Assembly (NCBI GenBank): GCA_035444565.1
Contig: DAOMOX010000001.1
Coordinates: 450,335-514,334, forward strand
DNA from: Candidatus Dojkabacteria bacterium
Lineage (GTDB): Bacteria; Patescibacteriota; Dojkabacteria; B142; OLB20
Reading direction: 5' to 3'
Length of the DNA stretch: 64,000 bases
This document shows positions 19,659 through 29,223 of this stretch, in pieces. Within the stretch, counting starts at the first letter, position 1. Every line of letters begins with the position of its first letter. The notes beneath the pieces were generated by a model. It did not search any database. It had not been told where the DNA came from and worked only from the letters and a program-made list of their open reading frames with translations. A program made the position numbers and the translations under genes.

Positions 19659-20040
19659 TCATGATACAGGCATCATGAATACTTTTAATGTCATTTGTTT
19701 CGCAATATTCGAGCGCTTCGGGGCTCTCACTTCCAGGCTGAAACCAGACATTTTTAATTCCTAACTCATTAACTTCTTTCAGGACCTCTAAAGTGACATG
19801 TGGTGGAACTACAAAAATAACTACATCAATTTTTTCATTAATATCTGACAATTGTGTGTAGACTTTGTGACCTAATATTTCGGTCTCGTTGGGATTTACA
19901 GGGTAAACATCATAACCTGCACTTGTTAAGTCCTTGAAAACCCTGTGTCCATATTTTTCCGGATTTTTCGAGACACCGATAACAGCATAAATATTCTTTT
20001 TGTCTATAAGTGAGTGCATTTCTTGAGTATTGAATATCAT
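19636..20040 (-). CDS. CoA-binding domain protein (YccU-like)
   Basis: IYAVIGVSKNPEKYGHRVFKDL...VYPVNP...IDVVIFVVPPHVTLEVLKEV...GIKNVWFQPG is the CoA_binding_2 pattern. The start is placed at the internal ATG (MIFNTQEMHSL). The longer listed ORF, which reaches 20184, adds a non-protein-like leader. Confidence 0.6.
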   Translation of the reverse strand: MIFNTQEMHSLIDKKNIYAVIGVSKNPEKYGHRVFKDLTSAGYDVYPVNPNETEILGHKVYTQLSDINEKIDVVIFVVPPHVTLEVLKEVNELGIKNVWFQPGSESPEALEYCETNDIKSIHDACIMIERKSNG

Positions 20041-20073
20041 TATTATACAGTATAAGTATATTAAAAATTTCTT

Positions 20074-20862
20074 ATGACAAATAATATGAACCAACCAACC
20101 GTTCCAGAGGCAAATCCTGTAATCGAAACTCCTGTTCAACCTGATCCATTTAAAACCGATGGCTATAACGAAGCAGTAAAGCAAGGGAATTCTATGAAAA
20201 TTGTTTTATTGGTAGTTATTTTTCTAATTTTTGGAGTGTTAGTAGCGTATATTTTGATGAATTATTTAGGAGGGGATGAAGAGCCAGAAGTTGTCACTCC
20301 CACAGCGGTTCCAACGGTGGAGGCGACATCTGCAGTAATTGAGCCGACGGTAACACCACCAGGTATTTCTTCAGGTTACAAAGATTTTACATTCCCCGCT
20401 TATATTCCAGACAATAAAGATAATCCATTCACAATTAGCGGTAAAGCTTTAGAAGACTCTGAATCTGCTATATTAGAAGATGAAGGATCAGTAGGCTTTA
20501 CCATCAGCGGAGAAGATTATCAACTAAATGTAAAAGCTTATTTTGAATCTCAAAATACACCGTACAATGAATATTTCTTCCTTGAAAGAGATGGAGCGGA
20601 TACAATAGCAAGAGTGAAACACGATTATATTGAGGCTACTAAAGATCTCTATAAATACGTTAGATCAGATGATGTAAGTGAGACTATTGATTGTAAAGGG
20701 ATGGGTCCAGAGGATATAATCCCCGCTCCTTGCGGACAAGCACGTTATACAAGTTACAATCAAGTTGAAACATTTTATATTCTAGATATCACATGTGATG
20801 CTGATGCTGAAAACGTAACGAAGTGTGATGAAATAGTTAAATCTCTTGAAATTCAATATTAG
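20074..20862 (+). CDS. membrane-anchored extracytoplasmic protein with a conserved C-terminal 4-Cys domain
   Basis: N-terminal TM, a P/T/V linker, and the C-terminal C-x12-PCG-x17-C-x9-C-DEIVKSL module. The same module ends ORFs 32030..32812 and 32870..34642. Confidence 0.5.
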   Translation: MTNNMNQPTVPEANPVIETPVQPDPFKTDGYNEAVKQGNSMKIVLLVVIFLIFGVLVAYILMNYLGGDEEPEVVTPTAVPTVEATSAVIEPTVTPPGISSGYKDFTFPAYIPDNKDNPFTISGKALEDSESAILEDEGSVGFTISGEDYQLNVKAYFESQNTPYNEYFFLERDGADTIARVKHDYIEATKDLYKYVRSDDVSETIDCKGMGPEDIIPAPCGQARYTSYNQVETFYILDITCDADAENVTKCDEIVKSLEIQY

Positions 20863-21254
20863 TTCTCGACGCTTAATCTTTCAAGTTCCTTAAGGATTTC
20901 GGTCTTTCCTTTAAAGCAGTTGTTTTCTGCCACGAGTAAAGGGACCCCTTTCTGATCTTCTGGTATACCACATTTTTCAATACTATTATCAAATCCTCGT
21001 TTATTTAAACTATTGCCTTTTAAACTTTTTATCGATAAATCAATATGATTTGAGTATTCACGAAATTCAATTTCATCTATAGTTTCTTCGCAGAACCCAC
21101 AATCGGAATCGGTATAAAGGACAATCTTGTTAGGATTATTCACTCCATATGTATAATTTAAAACCATTATTAATGCCAAGATATTCACGAGGAATAGGGC
21201 GATTGGACTTTTAGACTTCATTTTAGAATATTTCATGTAGTTATTATAGCTCAT
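20859..21254 (-). CDS. membrane-anchored thioredoxin-fold CxxC protein (extracytoplasmic thiol-disulfide oxidoreductase candidate)
   Basis: N-terminal TM, then VLYTDSDCGFCEETI (a CGFC active site in a glutaredoxin/thioredoxin-like context). Confidence 0.45.
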   Translation of the reverse strand: MSYNNYMKYSKMKSKSPIALFLVNILALIMVLNYTYGVNNPNKIVLYTDSDCGFCEETIDEIEFREYSNHIDLSIKSLKGNSLNKRGFDNSIEKCGIPEDQKGVPLLVAENNCFKGKTEILKELERLSVEN

Positions 21255-21318
21255 TGGAAATTATTATATTAATGATTCTAACTCTATTGATAAATCCTCA
21301 TTCGAGTTATAATTAGCC

Positions 21319-21684
21319 ATGAAGGCAAAGCTGACAGGTGGAATTCTATCATTCGTGGGTTTTGTATTATCTCCGGTTTCCTGGTGGAATGATCTTGTTG
21401 TAAATTTCCCTTTGAGTTATTTAATGGCTTTACCTTTTGGGCTATTAAATGAAAAACTGTTTTTACCTTCTTTCGTAATTGCTTATTGGATGACAAATAT
21501 TATCGGGATACTTTTGATGCATATTGGAGTAAAAAAGATTGCGAGTAAACAAAAAAAGAATGAAAATAAAAAAGAATTAATAACAACTTTGGTTTTCGGG
21601 ATGATATATACCGCTTTGATAATTGCCCTGGTTTTAACAGAAGTATTAAAGATCCCGGAATCGATACTGAATAGGTTTAGGTGA
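21319..21684 (+). CDS. small membrane protein, hypothetical
   Basis: 121 aa with 3 TM. The antisense 70-aa ORF 21284..21496 is judged spurious. Confidence 0.35.
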   Translation: MKAKLTGGILSFVGFVLSPVSWWNDLVVNFPLSYLMALPFGLLNEKLFLPSFVIAYWMTNIIGILLMHIGVKKIASKQKKNENKKELITTLVFGMIYTALIIALVLTEVLKIPESILNRFR

Positions 21685-21714
21685 GTGTAATTATAATTAA
21701 ATCAATTACAAAAT

Positions 21715-22191
21715 ATGAATAAGGACCTAACAATTGATTTTGGTGCCTCAATGTTAAATATTCGTGTACTTCTCCTGATTAAATACAAAGGGGGATATTT
21801 GTTTGAGTTAAACACAGATGATTACTATTTTGCTATTGGTGGTAGAGTTAAGTTCGGAGAGTCATCCTCAGAAGCTGCAAAGAGAGAATTGAAAGAAGAG
21901 TTGGATTATAATGATTTAGAATTAGAACTAATTGGTTTAATCGAGAATTTCTTCGTAATAGGTGAAAAATCGGTTCATGAGGTGAACTTTGTTTATGGTG
22001 GGGCGATAAAAGATGAAATTGACTTCAATAATTTAAAATCAAATCATAAAGGTTTTAGCTCCCTTTTACCAGAAGATGTTATGACTAGCGATGTAAGACC
22101 AAAAGTATTAAAAGAGCTTATCCCAAAGCTATTAAGTAATTATGACGAGATTGGAGAGTTTATACATTTGGTGAATAGGGATTCAGCATGA
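21715..22191 (+). CDS. Nudix-fold hydrolase (divergent)
   Basis: The Nudix box is GRVKFGESSSEAAKRELKEELD (G-x5-E-x7-REUxEE, with D in place of the last G). Confidence 0.45.
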   Translation: MNKDLTIDFGASMLNIRVLLLIKYKGGYLFELNTDDYYFAIGGRVKFGESSSEAAKRELKEELDYNDLELELIGLIENFFVIGEKSVHEVNFVYGGAIKDEIDFNNLKSNHKGFSSLLPEDVMTSDVRPKVLKELIPKLLSNYDEIGEFIHLVNRDSA

Positions 22192-22443
22192 CCTGAATTA
22201 AAATTTCGTAACTATTTATTAAGTAAATTTCTACCCAAGTTTTTTCAAAAGTTTATTATATTGTCCCTCGGTCAAGAATATCCTATGAACGTTAGGATTT
22301 TTAGTATCTCCCGTTAATGTTGCTGTATCTGATACTCCCCAATTTGTTATGGTCATATTTGTTATATTTAAGTCCAGGGAGAAGTATTTTGGAGATTTAT
22401 TAATTTCATCTTTTAATATAGCTTATAGGCAATTTTATCTGTA

Positions 22444-22842
22444 TTAATTATTCCTCGTGCTTTGGTTAAGAGCAACTGCATCTTTAACTAATTTCTTAAA
22501 TGCTGATTCATCTAATTTGTCTTCCTCGTGAATAATAATGGCTCGATAACTATTTATAAGACCTTTTTTATCCATCTCTTTGAGGGCTGGCCCTTTGGAG
22601 AAAGCAAATCTTAGATGTTCTTTATATGTTTCTCCTGTTGTGAGCATACCGTTTTTATACCAAACAAAAACCCCAGCGGGATTAGACGGCGTTTTATATT
22701 TAACCTCTTCTTTTATTTCCGGATCAGCTTCTTTGATTAATTCCCTTATTCGGGACATAGTTTTAATTCGCCAATCGCTTGAAGTTGAATTTTCCATAAA
22801 TTTAATACGAGAGAAGTTTGAATACTCAATAAAATGTAACAA
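22444..22842 (-). CDS. DUF1801 (YdhG-like) domain protein
   Basis: LIKEADPEIKEEVKYKTPSNPAGVFVWYKNGMLTTGETYKEHLRFAFSKG matches the DUF1801 pattern. The true start may be an internal Met. Confidence 0.45.
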   Translation of the reverse strand: MLHFIEYSNFSRIKFMENSTSSDWRIKTMSRIRELIKEADPEIKEEVKYKTPSNPAGVFVWYKNGMLTTGETYKEHLRFAFSKGPALKEMDKKGLINSYRAIIIHEEDKLDESAFKKLVKDAVALNQSTRNN

Positions 22843-22944
22843 TTACAATCCTACCTACACAAGTCTTTGAGTAGGCATGGAAGCGCTTTCGACTTCACCC
22901 CACCTTGGCAGTGCAAGCTCAGCCAATACATTAAAAATACTAAA

Positions 22945-23029
22945 CGGAGAGGACAGGATTCGAACCTGCGGTCCCTTGCGAGACACTTCGTTAGCAGTGA
23001 AGCGCTTTCGACCACTCAGCCACCTCTCC
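22945..23029 (-). tRNA. tRNA-Ser (anticodon GCU)
   Basis: GGAGAGGTGGCTGAGTGGTCGAAAGCGCTTCACTGCTAACGAAGTGTCTCGCAAGGGACCGCAGGTTCGAATCCTGTCCTCTCCG. It has a 7-bp acceptor, a 3-bp D stem with a long loop, the anticodon loop CUGCUAA (U33, A37), a long variable arm and a TTCGAAT T-loop. CCA is not encoded. Confidence 0.8.
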
Positions 23030-23266
23030 GTTTAGTATTTTTTTAAATCCATTTCCACCTTTGTATGATTTTACCAGTTTCTCATAATCATAGGCATCTT
23101 TACTTGACTCGAACTCTCTATACATAAATAACGCCCAAGGCTTGTATCGAAAAACAAATCTGCGCTTATCAGTCCCATTGTGATGTTTTAGCCGTTTAGC
23201 CAAATCTTTAGTACAGCCAATATAGTACTTGTTATCAATGTTTTTTAAAATCTAAACATAATGCAT
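22991..23266 (-). pseudogene. GIY-YIG nuclease (YhbQ/UPF0213-like), copy 1, with an in-frame TAG at codon 5 and a 3' end overlapping the tRNA-Ser 5' end
   Basis: MHYV-TAG-ILKNIDNKYYIGCTKDLAKRLKHHNG...PWALFMYREF...EKLVKSYK matches the YhbQ GIY-YIG pattern (..wylYllr...g.lYtGiT.dl.rRl.qH..G). The last codons (..NGEVAE) are encoded by the acceptor/D-arm of the tRNA. Confidence 0.5.
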
Positions 23267-23643
23267 AGATTTGAAGCACGCCTTTAGCAGTATAAGCTTT
23301 CGACTTCACCCCGCCCTGGCGGGGCAAGCTCAGCCACCTCTCCGTTTAGTATTTTTTTAAATCCATTTCCACCTTTGTATGATTTTACCAGTTTCTCATA
23401 ATCATAGGCATCTTTACTTGACTCGAACTCTCTATACATAAATAACGCCCAAGGCTTGTATCGAAAAACAAATCTGCGCTTATCAGTCCCATTGTGATGT
23501 TTTAGCCGTTTAGCCAAATCTTTAGTACAGCCAATATAGTACTTGTTATCAATGTTTTTTAAAATCTAAACATAATGCATAGATTTGAAGCACGCCTTTA
23601 GCAGTATAAGCTTTCGACTTCACCCCGCCCTGGCGGGGCAAGC
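23016..23643. repeat. two tandem direct repeats of 314 bp (23016-23329 and 23330-23643), with partial third and fourth copies at 23644-23658 and 23739-23762
   Basis: Visual alignment shows near-identical copies. Each unit is a tRNA-Ser 5'-end segment plus a GIY-YIG ORF plus a tRNA 5'-half mimic. Confidence 0.85.
23284..23580 (-). pseudogene. GIY-YIG nuclease, copy 2 (duplicate within the second repeat unit)
   Basis: The same ORF with the same in-frame TAG. Its C-terminus runs into the degenerate tRNA-like segment. Confidence 0.5.
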
Positions 23644-23914
23644 TCAGCCACCTCTCCGCATAGGTCTTTAAGCACTAAGTTTATCAGCCGTAATCTTGAT
23701 GAAGGTTGATTTACCCACCGTAGTTTCAACAAAGGTGGGCCACCTCTCCGTTTAGTATTTTTCTGAAACCTATTCAATCAAGTCCTCAATTATATCAACA
23801 CCCAACACAATCTCACAAATCAATCGAATTTACAAAACTTTAATGATTCCTTCATACAATAAATATGCTACACAGTTATTATATGTTCATTAATTTATTT
23901 ATTAAGTTTATTTT

Positions 23915-24163
23915 ATGGGAATCTTAGTATTCATAGTAATCGGTCTAATTGCCGGTTGGATTGCATCTGTAATTATGAAAACAGATGGTAGTCAAGGTAT
24001 GGTAGGAGATATTATCGTAGGTATTTTGGGTGCACTTATCGGAGGACTTGTAATGAGTTTCTTAGGCGGACAAGGTGTAACAGGGTTTAACTTGTACAGT
24101 ATTGTAGTGGCAGTTCTTGGTGCAGTTATACTATTGGCGGTTGTAAAAGCGGTTAAGAAATAA
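23915..24163 (+). CDS. GlsB/YeaQ/YmgE-family small membrane protein
   Basis: GILVFIVIGLIAGWIASVIM...GMVGDIIVGILGALIGGLVMSFLG is the characteristic pattern. Confidence 0.75.
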   Translation: MGILVFIVIGLIAGWIASVIMKTDGSQGMVGDIIVGILGALIGGLVMSFLGGQGVTGFNLYSIVVAVLGAVILLAVVKAVKK

Positions 24164-24206
24164 CTTAATTTAATCATATTTTTTATATAATTATTAATAG
24201 AATAAA

Positions 24207-24617
24207 ATGGAAGAAGTAAATACACATGTTGAAACGAGCCGTACTGTTGACCCAATGTCAGGTACAGTAGTTAAAAGACAACATGTAGTTAGAGAGAATG
24301 GTTTACCTGAGGATGAGTTTGCTTTGGCGAAATTCAATCAAGTGATTTGGTATATAACTCACCTGATTGTGATTTTAATTGTACTAAGAGTTTTATTCTA
24401 TCTGTTAGGTGCAAACCCACAGGGGATTGTAAGTTTCATTTATAGCTTAACAAATTTATTTGTCGCACCATTTAGAGGAATATTTCCTTCACCATCAGAG
24501 TCTGGATCATTCTTTGACACAGCAGGTGTGGTTGCAATAGGGTTCTACTATTTATTAGCATTTATAGTTACAAGTTTCTTGAGGATATTATCTAAAAGAA
24601 ACGTAGAACAAATCTAA
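24207..24617 (+). CDS. YggT-family membrane protein
   Basis: The YGGT-like core is LIVLRVLFYLL...TNLFVAPFRGIFPS...FDTAGVVAIGFYYLL. Confidence 0.6.
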   Translation: MEEVNTHVETSRTVDPMSGTVVKRQHVVRENGLPEDEFALAKFNQVIWYITHLIVILIVLRVLFYLLGANPQGIVSFIYSLTNLFVAPFRGIFPSPSESGSFFDTAGVVAIGFYYLLAFIVTSFLRILSKRNVEQI

Positions 24618-24636
24618 TATTGAATAAATATGAATT

Positions 24637-24663
24637 AGCCCTCCAAATGGAGGGCTTTTTTAT
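24637..24663 (+). terminator. rho-independent terminator
   Basis: agccctcc-aaat-ggagggct followed by ttttttatt. Confidence 0.65.
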
Positions 24664-24713
24664 TGCCAAAACGATTAGTTAGTGGGACAATTTGGGATAA
24701 TTCTGTTTAACGA

Positions 24714-25907
24714 ATGATAGGACGAAACACTAAAATCTTTCTTGCAACTCAACTTACCCATTCGTTGATATTCACTATCCCAATTTGGATTGTTTTTTAT
24801 CAAAACTATGTAACACCGAGTCAGTTAGCGGTAATTGTAATGCTCACATATGCTGTCCAAATGATTATGGAATTGCCAAGTGGAGCATTAGCTGATTTGA
24901 TAGGTCGAAGAAGCACATTAATTATTTCATTTCTATTAGGGGCGATAAGTTATATTTTAATTTCATTTGGAACATCCTATCTCTACTTTGTTATTATCAA
25001 TGTCATTGTTGGGATTAGCGACTCATTTAGATCAGGGGCGGAAGAAGCGATAATTTACGACACATTCAAAGAGAAGGATTCACACGAATTCGAAAAAATT
25101 AACTCAAAAGGCAATTTGGTTTATCAAACAGGGCTCATAGTTGGAACCATATCTGGAGGACTATTGTATAGTGTTAATGTTTATATACCTTTTATACTTT
25201 ATGGAATGTCTTTGTTAGTCGGCTTTCTATTAACATTCTTCTATATTGAACCCAAAATTGACTCTGAAAAATTCACATTGAATAATTACATCAAACAGAT
25301 TAAAACCGGAACTAAAGAAGTATTCAAAGATAAGTTAACAACCTATACATCTTTGTTTTATATCGCAGTAGGGGGTATTACCTGGACGAATGCATTGTAT
25401 TTCGGATCATTTTTTATGGTTGGGTTGGGTTTTGATGATGCGCAAAGAGGTTTTATTCAAGGTGGGACTAGGTTAATAAATGCATTATTATTCACGTATA
25501 TTTTAAAGAAAATAAAGTTGAGTGAAAGGTTTAAAATTGTAATATTTCCAATTATCATGACCTTAGCTTTTCTCCCTGGAATATTTCTTGAAGGGTGGGT
25601 GGGTGTGCCATTTTTTGCGCTCGCATTACTTACAACGACTGGAAGATGGATACTCTTAACTCCAATTACAAACAAAATGTTCAGTTCGAAAGTGCGTGCG
25701 ACTGCAATCTCTGTGATGAGTCTGCTTATTGGATTCGTTTATCTGTTTTTGGTGGGGATTTCCGGTTTTGTGGTAGAACGATACGAGATTGGGGGGATGT
25801 ATACAGTGCTTGGAGTTATGACTATAATATTCGTTGTCCCACTAGCATATTTATTACTTAAAGTAAGAACTAGTACCAATGAAACTCAAGTACTACCCAC
25901 AAGTTGA
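24714..25907 (+). CDS. MFS-type transporter-like membrane protein
   Basis: 397 aa with ~12 TM. It has an MFS-like GRRS motif after TM2 (LADLIGRRSTLII). Confidence 0.5.
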   Translation: MIGRNTKIFLATQLTHSLIFTIPIWIVFYQNYVTPSQLAVIVMLTYAVQMIMELPSGALADLIGRRSTLIISFLLGAISYILISFGTSYLYFVIINVIVGISDSFRSGAEEAIIYDTFKEKDSHEFEKINSKGNLVYQTGLIVGTISGGLLYSVNVYIPFILYGMSLLVGFLLTFFYIEPKIDSEKFTLNNYIKQIKTGTKEVFKDKLTTYTSLFYIAVGGITWTNALYFGSFFMVGLGFDDAQRGFIQGGTRLINALLFTYILKKIKLSERFKIVIFPIIMTLAFLPGIFLEGWVGVPFFALALLTTTGRWILLTPITNKMFSSKVRATAISVMSLLIGFVYLFLVGISGFVVERYEIGGMYTVLGVMTIIFVVPLAYLLLKVRTSTNETQVLPTS

Positions 25908-26463
25908 AAAGTTTGTAATTGATACATTTACTAAAAATGGTGATGAAGGTGGAATTCCGCATCTTTTAAAAACTGTGGAGTTTATCAAACTTCTTAAAAC
26001 TGATGCGGACGAGGCAATGCTTATCGCTGCTATAGCACATGATATTGAAAGAGGTTCTAAAAGTAAACAGCCATCAGAGATAATTAAAAAGCAAGGTTTT
26101 AAAGACGAAAATCATCTCAAGTATCACCAAGAGGAAGGTGCACGTATCACCGCAAAGTTTCTCAAGAATATCAACGCTGATAAAGATATGGTTGAACGTG
26201 TAGTAATGTTGATTTCAAAACACGAAGTTGGAGGAAATACAGATCAAAATCTACTGAAGGATGCTGATAGTATGAGTTTCTTCGAAACTAATGTTGAGCA
26301 TTTCGTATCGAAAAAAGTTCATGAGTATGGCTATGAGAAGGTGAAAGAAAAACTAGACTGGATGTTTAATAGGATTACACAGGATAGAGCGAAAGAGCTG
26401 GTGAGGGATAAGTATCAGGAAGCAATTAATTCTCTATCAATAGCTCAAGAAAAAGGTTGTTGA
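25879..26463 (+). CDS. HD-domain phosphohydrolase-like protein
   Basis: H..K ... AAIAHDIER is HD-motif spacing in an all-helical protein. Confidence 0.4.
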   Translation: MKLKYYPQVEKFVIDTFTKNGDEGGIPHLLKTVEFIKLLKTDADEAMLIAAIAHDIERGSKSKQPSEIIKKQGFKDENHLKYHQEEGARITAKFLKNINADKDMVERVVMLISKHEVGGNTDQNLLKDADSMSFFETNVEHFVSKKVHEYGYEKVKEKLDWMFNRITQDRAKELVRDKYQEAINSLSIAQEKGC

Positions 26464-26547
26464 TTTATTTTGAGAAGGGAAAAGCAATTGCGAAGAAGAT
26501 AAAGAAACGAGTTCAAAGAATTTTTCGATATTTTGAATAAAACGAAT

Positions 26548-27495
26548 CTAGGAATGCATAAAATCTGAAATCCACATAGTTTTAATCATTTTCAATAGTG
26601 TTCCATCTATCTCAACATGTTCCTTTTTCGACAGTAGTTCAAATTTGTGTTCAAACTTTCCACCTAAAGGTAGAAAAGTCTCTTTAAAGGACTTCTGTGT
26701 ACTTGTGCCTTCTGTCCCGAGAGTGATGATTTCAACATCGGGGTAAAGATTCTTAATTTCAAGCAGTGTTTTAATTTTTAAAAGAGTACCCAATTGAGAA
26801 TAACCTCTTAACACTTTATTTGAATGGCTAGATATGACAGTGCCTTGTTTTGTACCTCTGTAATTAGATACTGAAAATAAGGCATATCCAACAATTTTAT
26901 TGATTTTGCTATCCCATAAATATCTCATATGTCCTAAGTCAGTCTCTATCCATTTATCCATTAATTGTCTATCCAATTTAGGGTCGACCCCAGTTTGAAT
27001 TTTCCATGTATCTAAAAATCGGTAAATTTCTTTGATAATCTCACTTTTTTTGTTTGTTGGGGATAAATATTGAATATTCTCATTTTTTCTTTCTGCTTTT
27101 ATGTACTTTTTATACCTTTCGGGTATTAATTCATAGAACTTACTTTCGTCAATATTTCCCCCTTTAACATAGTACTCATTGAATGTGGTTAAAGGCGCCT
27201 CACATAATGAAAAGACTCTGATTATTACATCTGGATCGTATTTTGCTTTGATAAATTCTATAAGTATGGAATCAGGTTCTCCTAGAACACGAATTATTTT
27301 CAAGTCTGTTCTCTCGTCTATCTGGAAAATTGATAATATTTCGCCATTTTTCTTAACTAGTATTACTTTAAGTCGAGGATGTTCACTCATAAACGAAAGC
27401 ATATGTAATTGATTAGTAAAATTACTATATGCAAGGGAATAGGGAAGTGTTGTTTCCGTATGACTCAAGTCTGTGACATCTAATTCTTTACCCAT
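26548..27495 (-). CDS. hypothetical protein, possibly a GNAT-fold (FemAB/Acetyltransf_6-like) enzyme
   Basis: 315 aa. The C-terminal half (GYALFSV...GTKQG...GYSQLGTLLK...GGKFEHKF) resembles acyl-CoA N-acyltransferase beta-strands. This is a weak call. Confidence 0.3.
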   Translation of the reverse strand: MGKELDVTDLSHTETTLPYSLAYSNFTNQLHMLSFMSEHPRLKVILVKKNGEILSIFQIDERTDLKIIRVLGEPDSILIEFIKAKYDPDVIIRVFSLCEAPLTTFNEYYVKGGNIDESKFYELIPERYKKYIKAERKNENIQYLSPTNKKSEIIKEIYRFLDTWKIQTGVDPKLDRQLMDKWIETDLGHMRYLWDSKINKIVGYALFSVSNYRGTKQGTVISSHSNKVLRGYSQLGTLLKIKTLLEIKNLYPDVEIITLGTEGTSTQKSFKETFLPLGGKFEHKFELLSKKEHVEIDGTLLKMIKTMWISDFMHS

Positions 27496-27617
27496 TTATC
27501 AATTTAGTTTATGGGTGTGATTATAACATCGAAACCTCTTGTTTAATATCTCGGTGCGCCATATGTCCGACAGGAGCCGTGTATTAATGGTATAATATAT
27601 ATAGTAATAATATAGAT

Positions 27618-29207
27618 TTGCTAGAACCTTGGACAGAAGAACAACTACATGACGTATACGAAAACGGTGTAACCGCATTTGGACTTCTCATGCTTATTGA
27701 TAATTTAGAAATTAATCAATCCCCCGGTTGGTTAAATCTTGGACAAAACAAGGAGGGAAAGGATTTCGAGTTTCAAAGACTAATTAGAAATACTGCACAA
27801 AAATTAGCATGTTTAGAGATACGTTACCCAAACTTAAACGACAGTGTAGACGATGATCTTTATAATCATATTATTGGAAACCCTACTCGTTCATTGATAC
27901 AATGGATGCAATTTTATTTGTTAGGATTAGGACATGGAGAAGGGATTATATCAACGGATAAATTAGTAATAATTTGTTCAGAGACATGCGTGTTGGATTT
28001 TATTGAAAGAAATTTAGAGAACATACCACGCACGGAACTATCTTTAGAGGAAACAATCGGAGATATTTATGAGGGTCCGAAAACATGCTCAAGATATTTA
28101 TATATTTCTCCTACTTGTGGCGAAGATTCTTTCTCCTCAATTAAAGAAATATACCTAGAATACAATCAAACTTTTTCAGAATTTACAGAATTCCTTTCCA
28201 AATATCCCTTTTTATTTGAAATGAATATGGATACTTATATCAATCCGACAACTATTAGCCTCCAAGATACTCCGATTCTTTCAAAACTTAAACAGCTAGG
28301 AAAAAATTTAGACGGAATAGAGTGGAATGATGAGTTCAAAAATGATTTCGCTAATAGTTTTGTATTTTCTTTCTTTTTGATCTTGGGAGAGGAAGATTTC
28401 CAGGATCTTTATGACGAAAGAATACTAAGGTATTGGGGTGATAGATTCTGGGTTCAAGACGCAACTATTCCTCGTGCACTTGTGGTAACTCCTAATGGTT
28501 TGAAAAATCTGGCTAATGATCCAAAGAAAAGCAAATCAAATGCAAGTCATGAATATTTCCATTTTTTCTTAAATAGATATTTTTCATCTGAATCGGATCC
28601 TATGGGCTCTTCTCAATATATACTCCCAAAATGGTTAATAGAAGGTTTGTGCAATGTAATGTTTTTAACCGAGAGGGGCAGGACAGATGATGGCTTTAGG
28701 GAAGCACAAATAAATAAATTGATGAATGGAGAAGAAGAATTATTAACAGCTCAAGATATTATGAATTCAGATGATGTTAATTACCTTCATTATAGTGTCT
28801 TTACTCATTTCATATTCAAGGTACTAAATTCAGCGATTGATGGGGAAAAAGAAATCAAGTCTATTCCAATACGTTCTTACGGAATAACAAATAAAGTATT
28901 AAAAGCAATGAAAGATGCATATGGAAAATTGAAGATAATTTATCCACCAGCGCCTTCTAATCTTCATAATCTAGTCGCAATCGAGATTATTGGTTCAATA
29001 TTAAAAGATTCACGCAGTTTCAATAAATTTAACTTCAATAATTTGATGAAAACTTTTAACTCAAATAGAGAAATATTCTATGCAGACTATTTTTTCCCTG
29101 AGTGGGAGACAGACGATGAACAGTATAGAGAAATGATAAGATTCTTCCGAAAAATAAAAGAAATACAAATTAGTAAAGAAACTAACAGCAATGAAAATAA
29201 TAAATAA
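27618..29207 (+). CDS. HExxH zinc-metallopeptidase-like protein (MA-clan, Peptidase_MA_2-like), paralog A
   Basis: SHEYFHFF (HExxH), and about 30 aa later WLIEGLCNV (the EGxA third-ligand helix). There is no signal peptide. Confidence 0.45.
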   Translation: MLEPWTEEQLHDVYENGVTAFGLLMLIDNLEINQSPGWLNLGQNKEGKDFEFQRLIRNTAQKLACLEIRYPNLNDSVDDDLYNHIIGNPTRSLIQWMQFYLLGLGHGEGIISTDKLVIICSETCVLDFIERNLENIPRTELSLEETIGDIYEGPKTCSRYLYISPTCGEDSFSSIKEIYLEYNQTFSEFTEFLSKYPFLFEMNMDTYINPTTISLQDTPILSKLKQLGKNLDGIEWNDEFKNDFANSFVFSFFLILGEEDFQDLYDERILRYWGDRFWVQDATIPRALVVTPNGLKNLANDPKKSKSNASHEYFHFFLNRYFSSESDPMGSSQYILPKWLIEGLCNVMFLTERGRTDDGFREAQINKLMNGEEELLTAQDIMNSDDVNYLHYSVFTHFIFKVLNSAIDGEKEIKSIPIRSYGITNKVLKAMKDAYGKLKIIYPPAPSNLHNLVAIEIIGSILKDSRSFNKFNFNNLMKTFNSNREIFYADYFFPEWETDDEQYREMIRFFRKIKEIQISKETNSNENNK

Positions 29208-29223
29208 ATAGATATTAATTATT

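Noticed and set aside
19636-20184. Full 182-aa ORF for the CoA-binding protein
   Set aside because: The first 48 codons (MLYCFVIAIGFKWIRL...) are not protein-like and precede the conserved domain. The internal ATG at 20040 gives a typical ~135-aa CoA_binding_2 protein.
22991-23203. The 70-aa ORF as listed (MAKRL...), taken as an intact gene
   Set aside because: Its 3' end simply reads through the tRNA-Ser 5' end. Its true N-terminus, the GIY-YIG strand YYIGCT, lies upstream beyond an in-frame TAG. It is treated as part of the longer interrupted GIY-YIG ORF.
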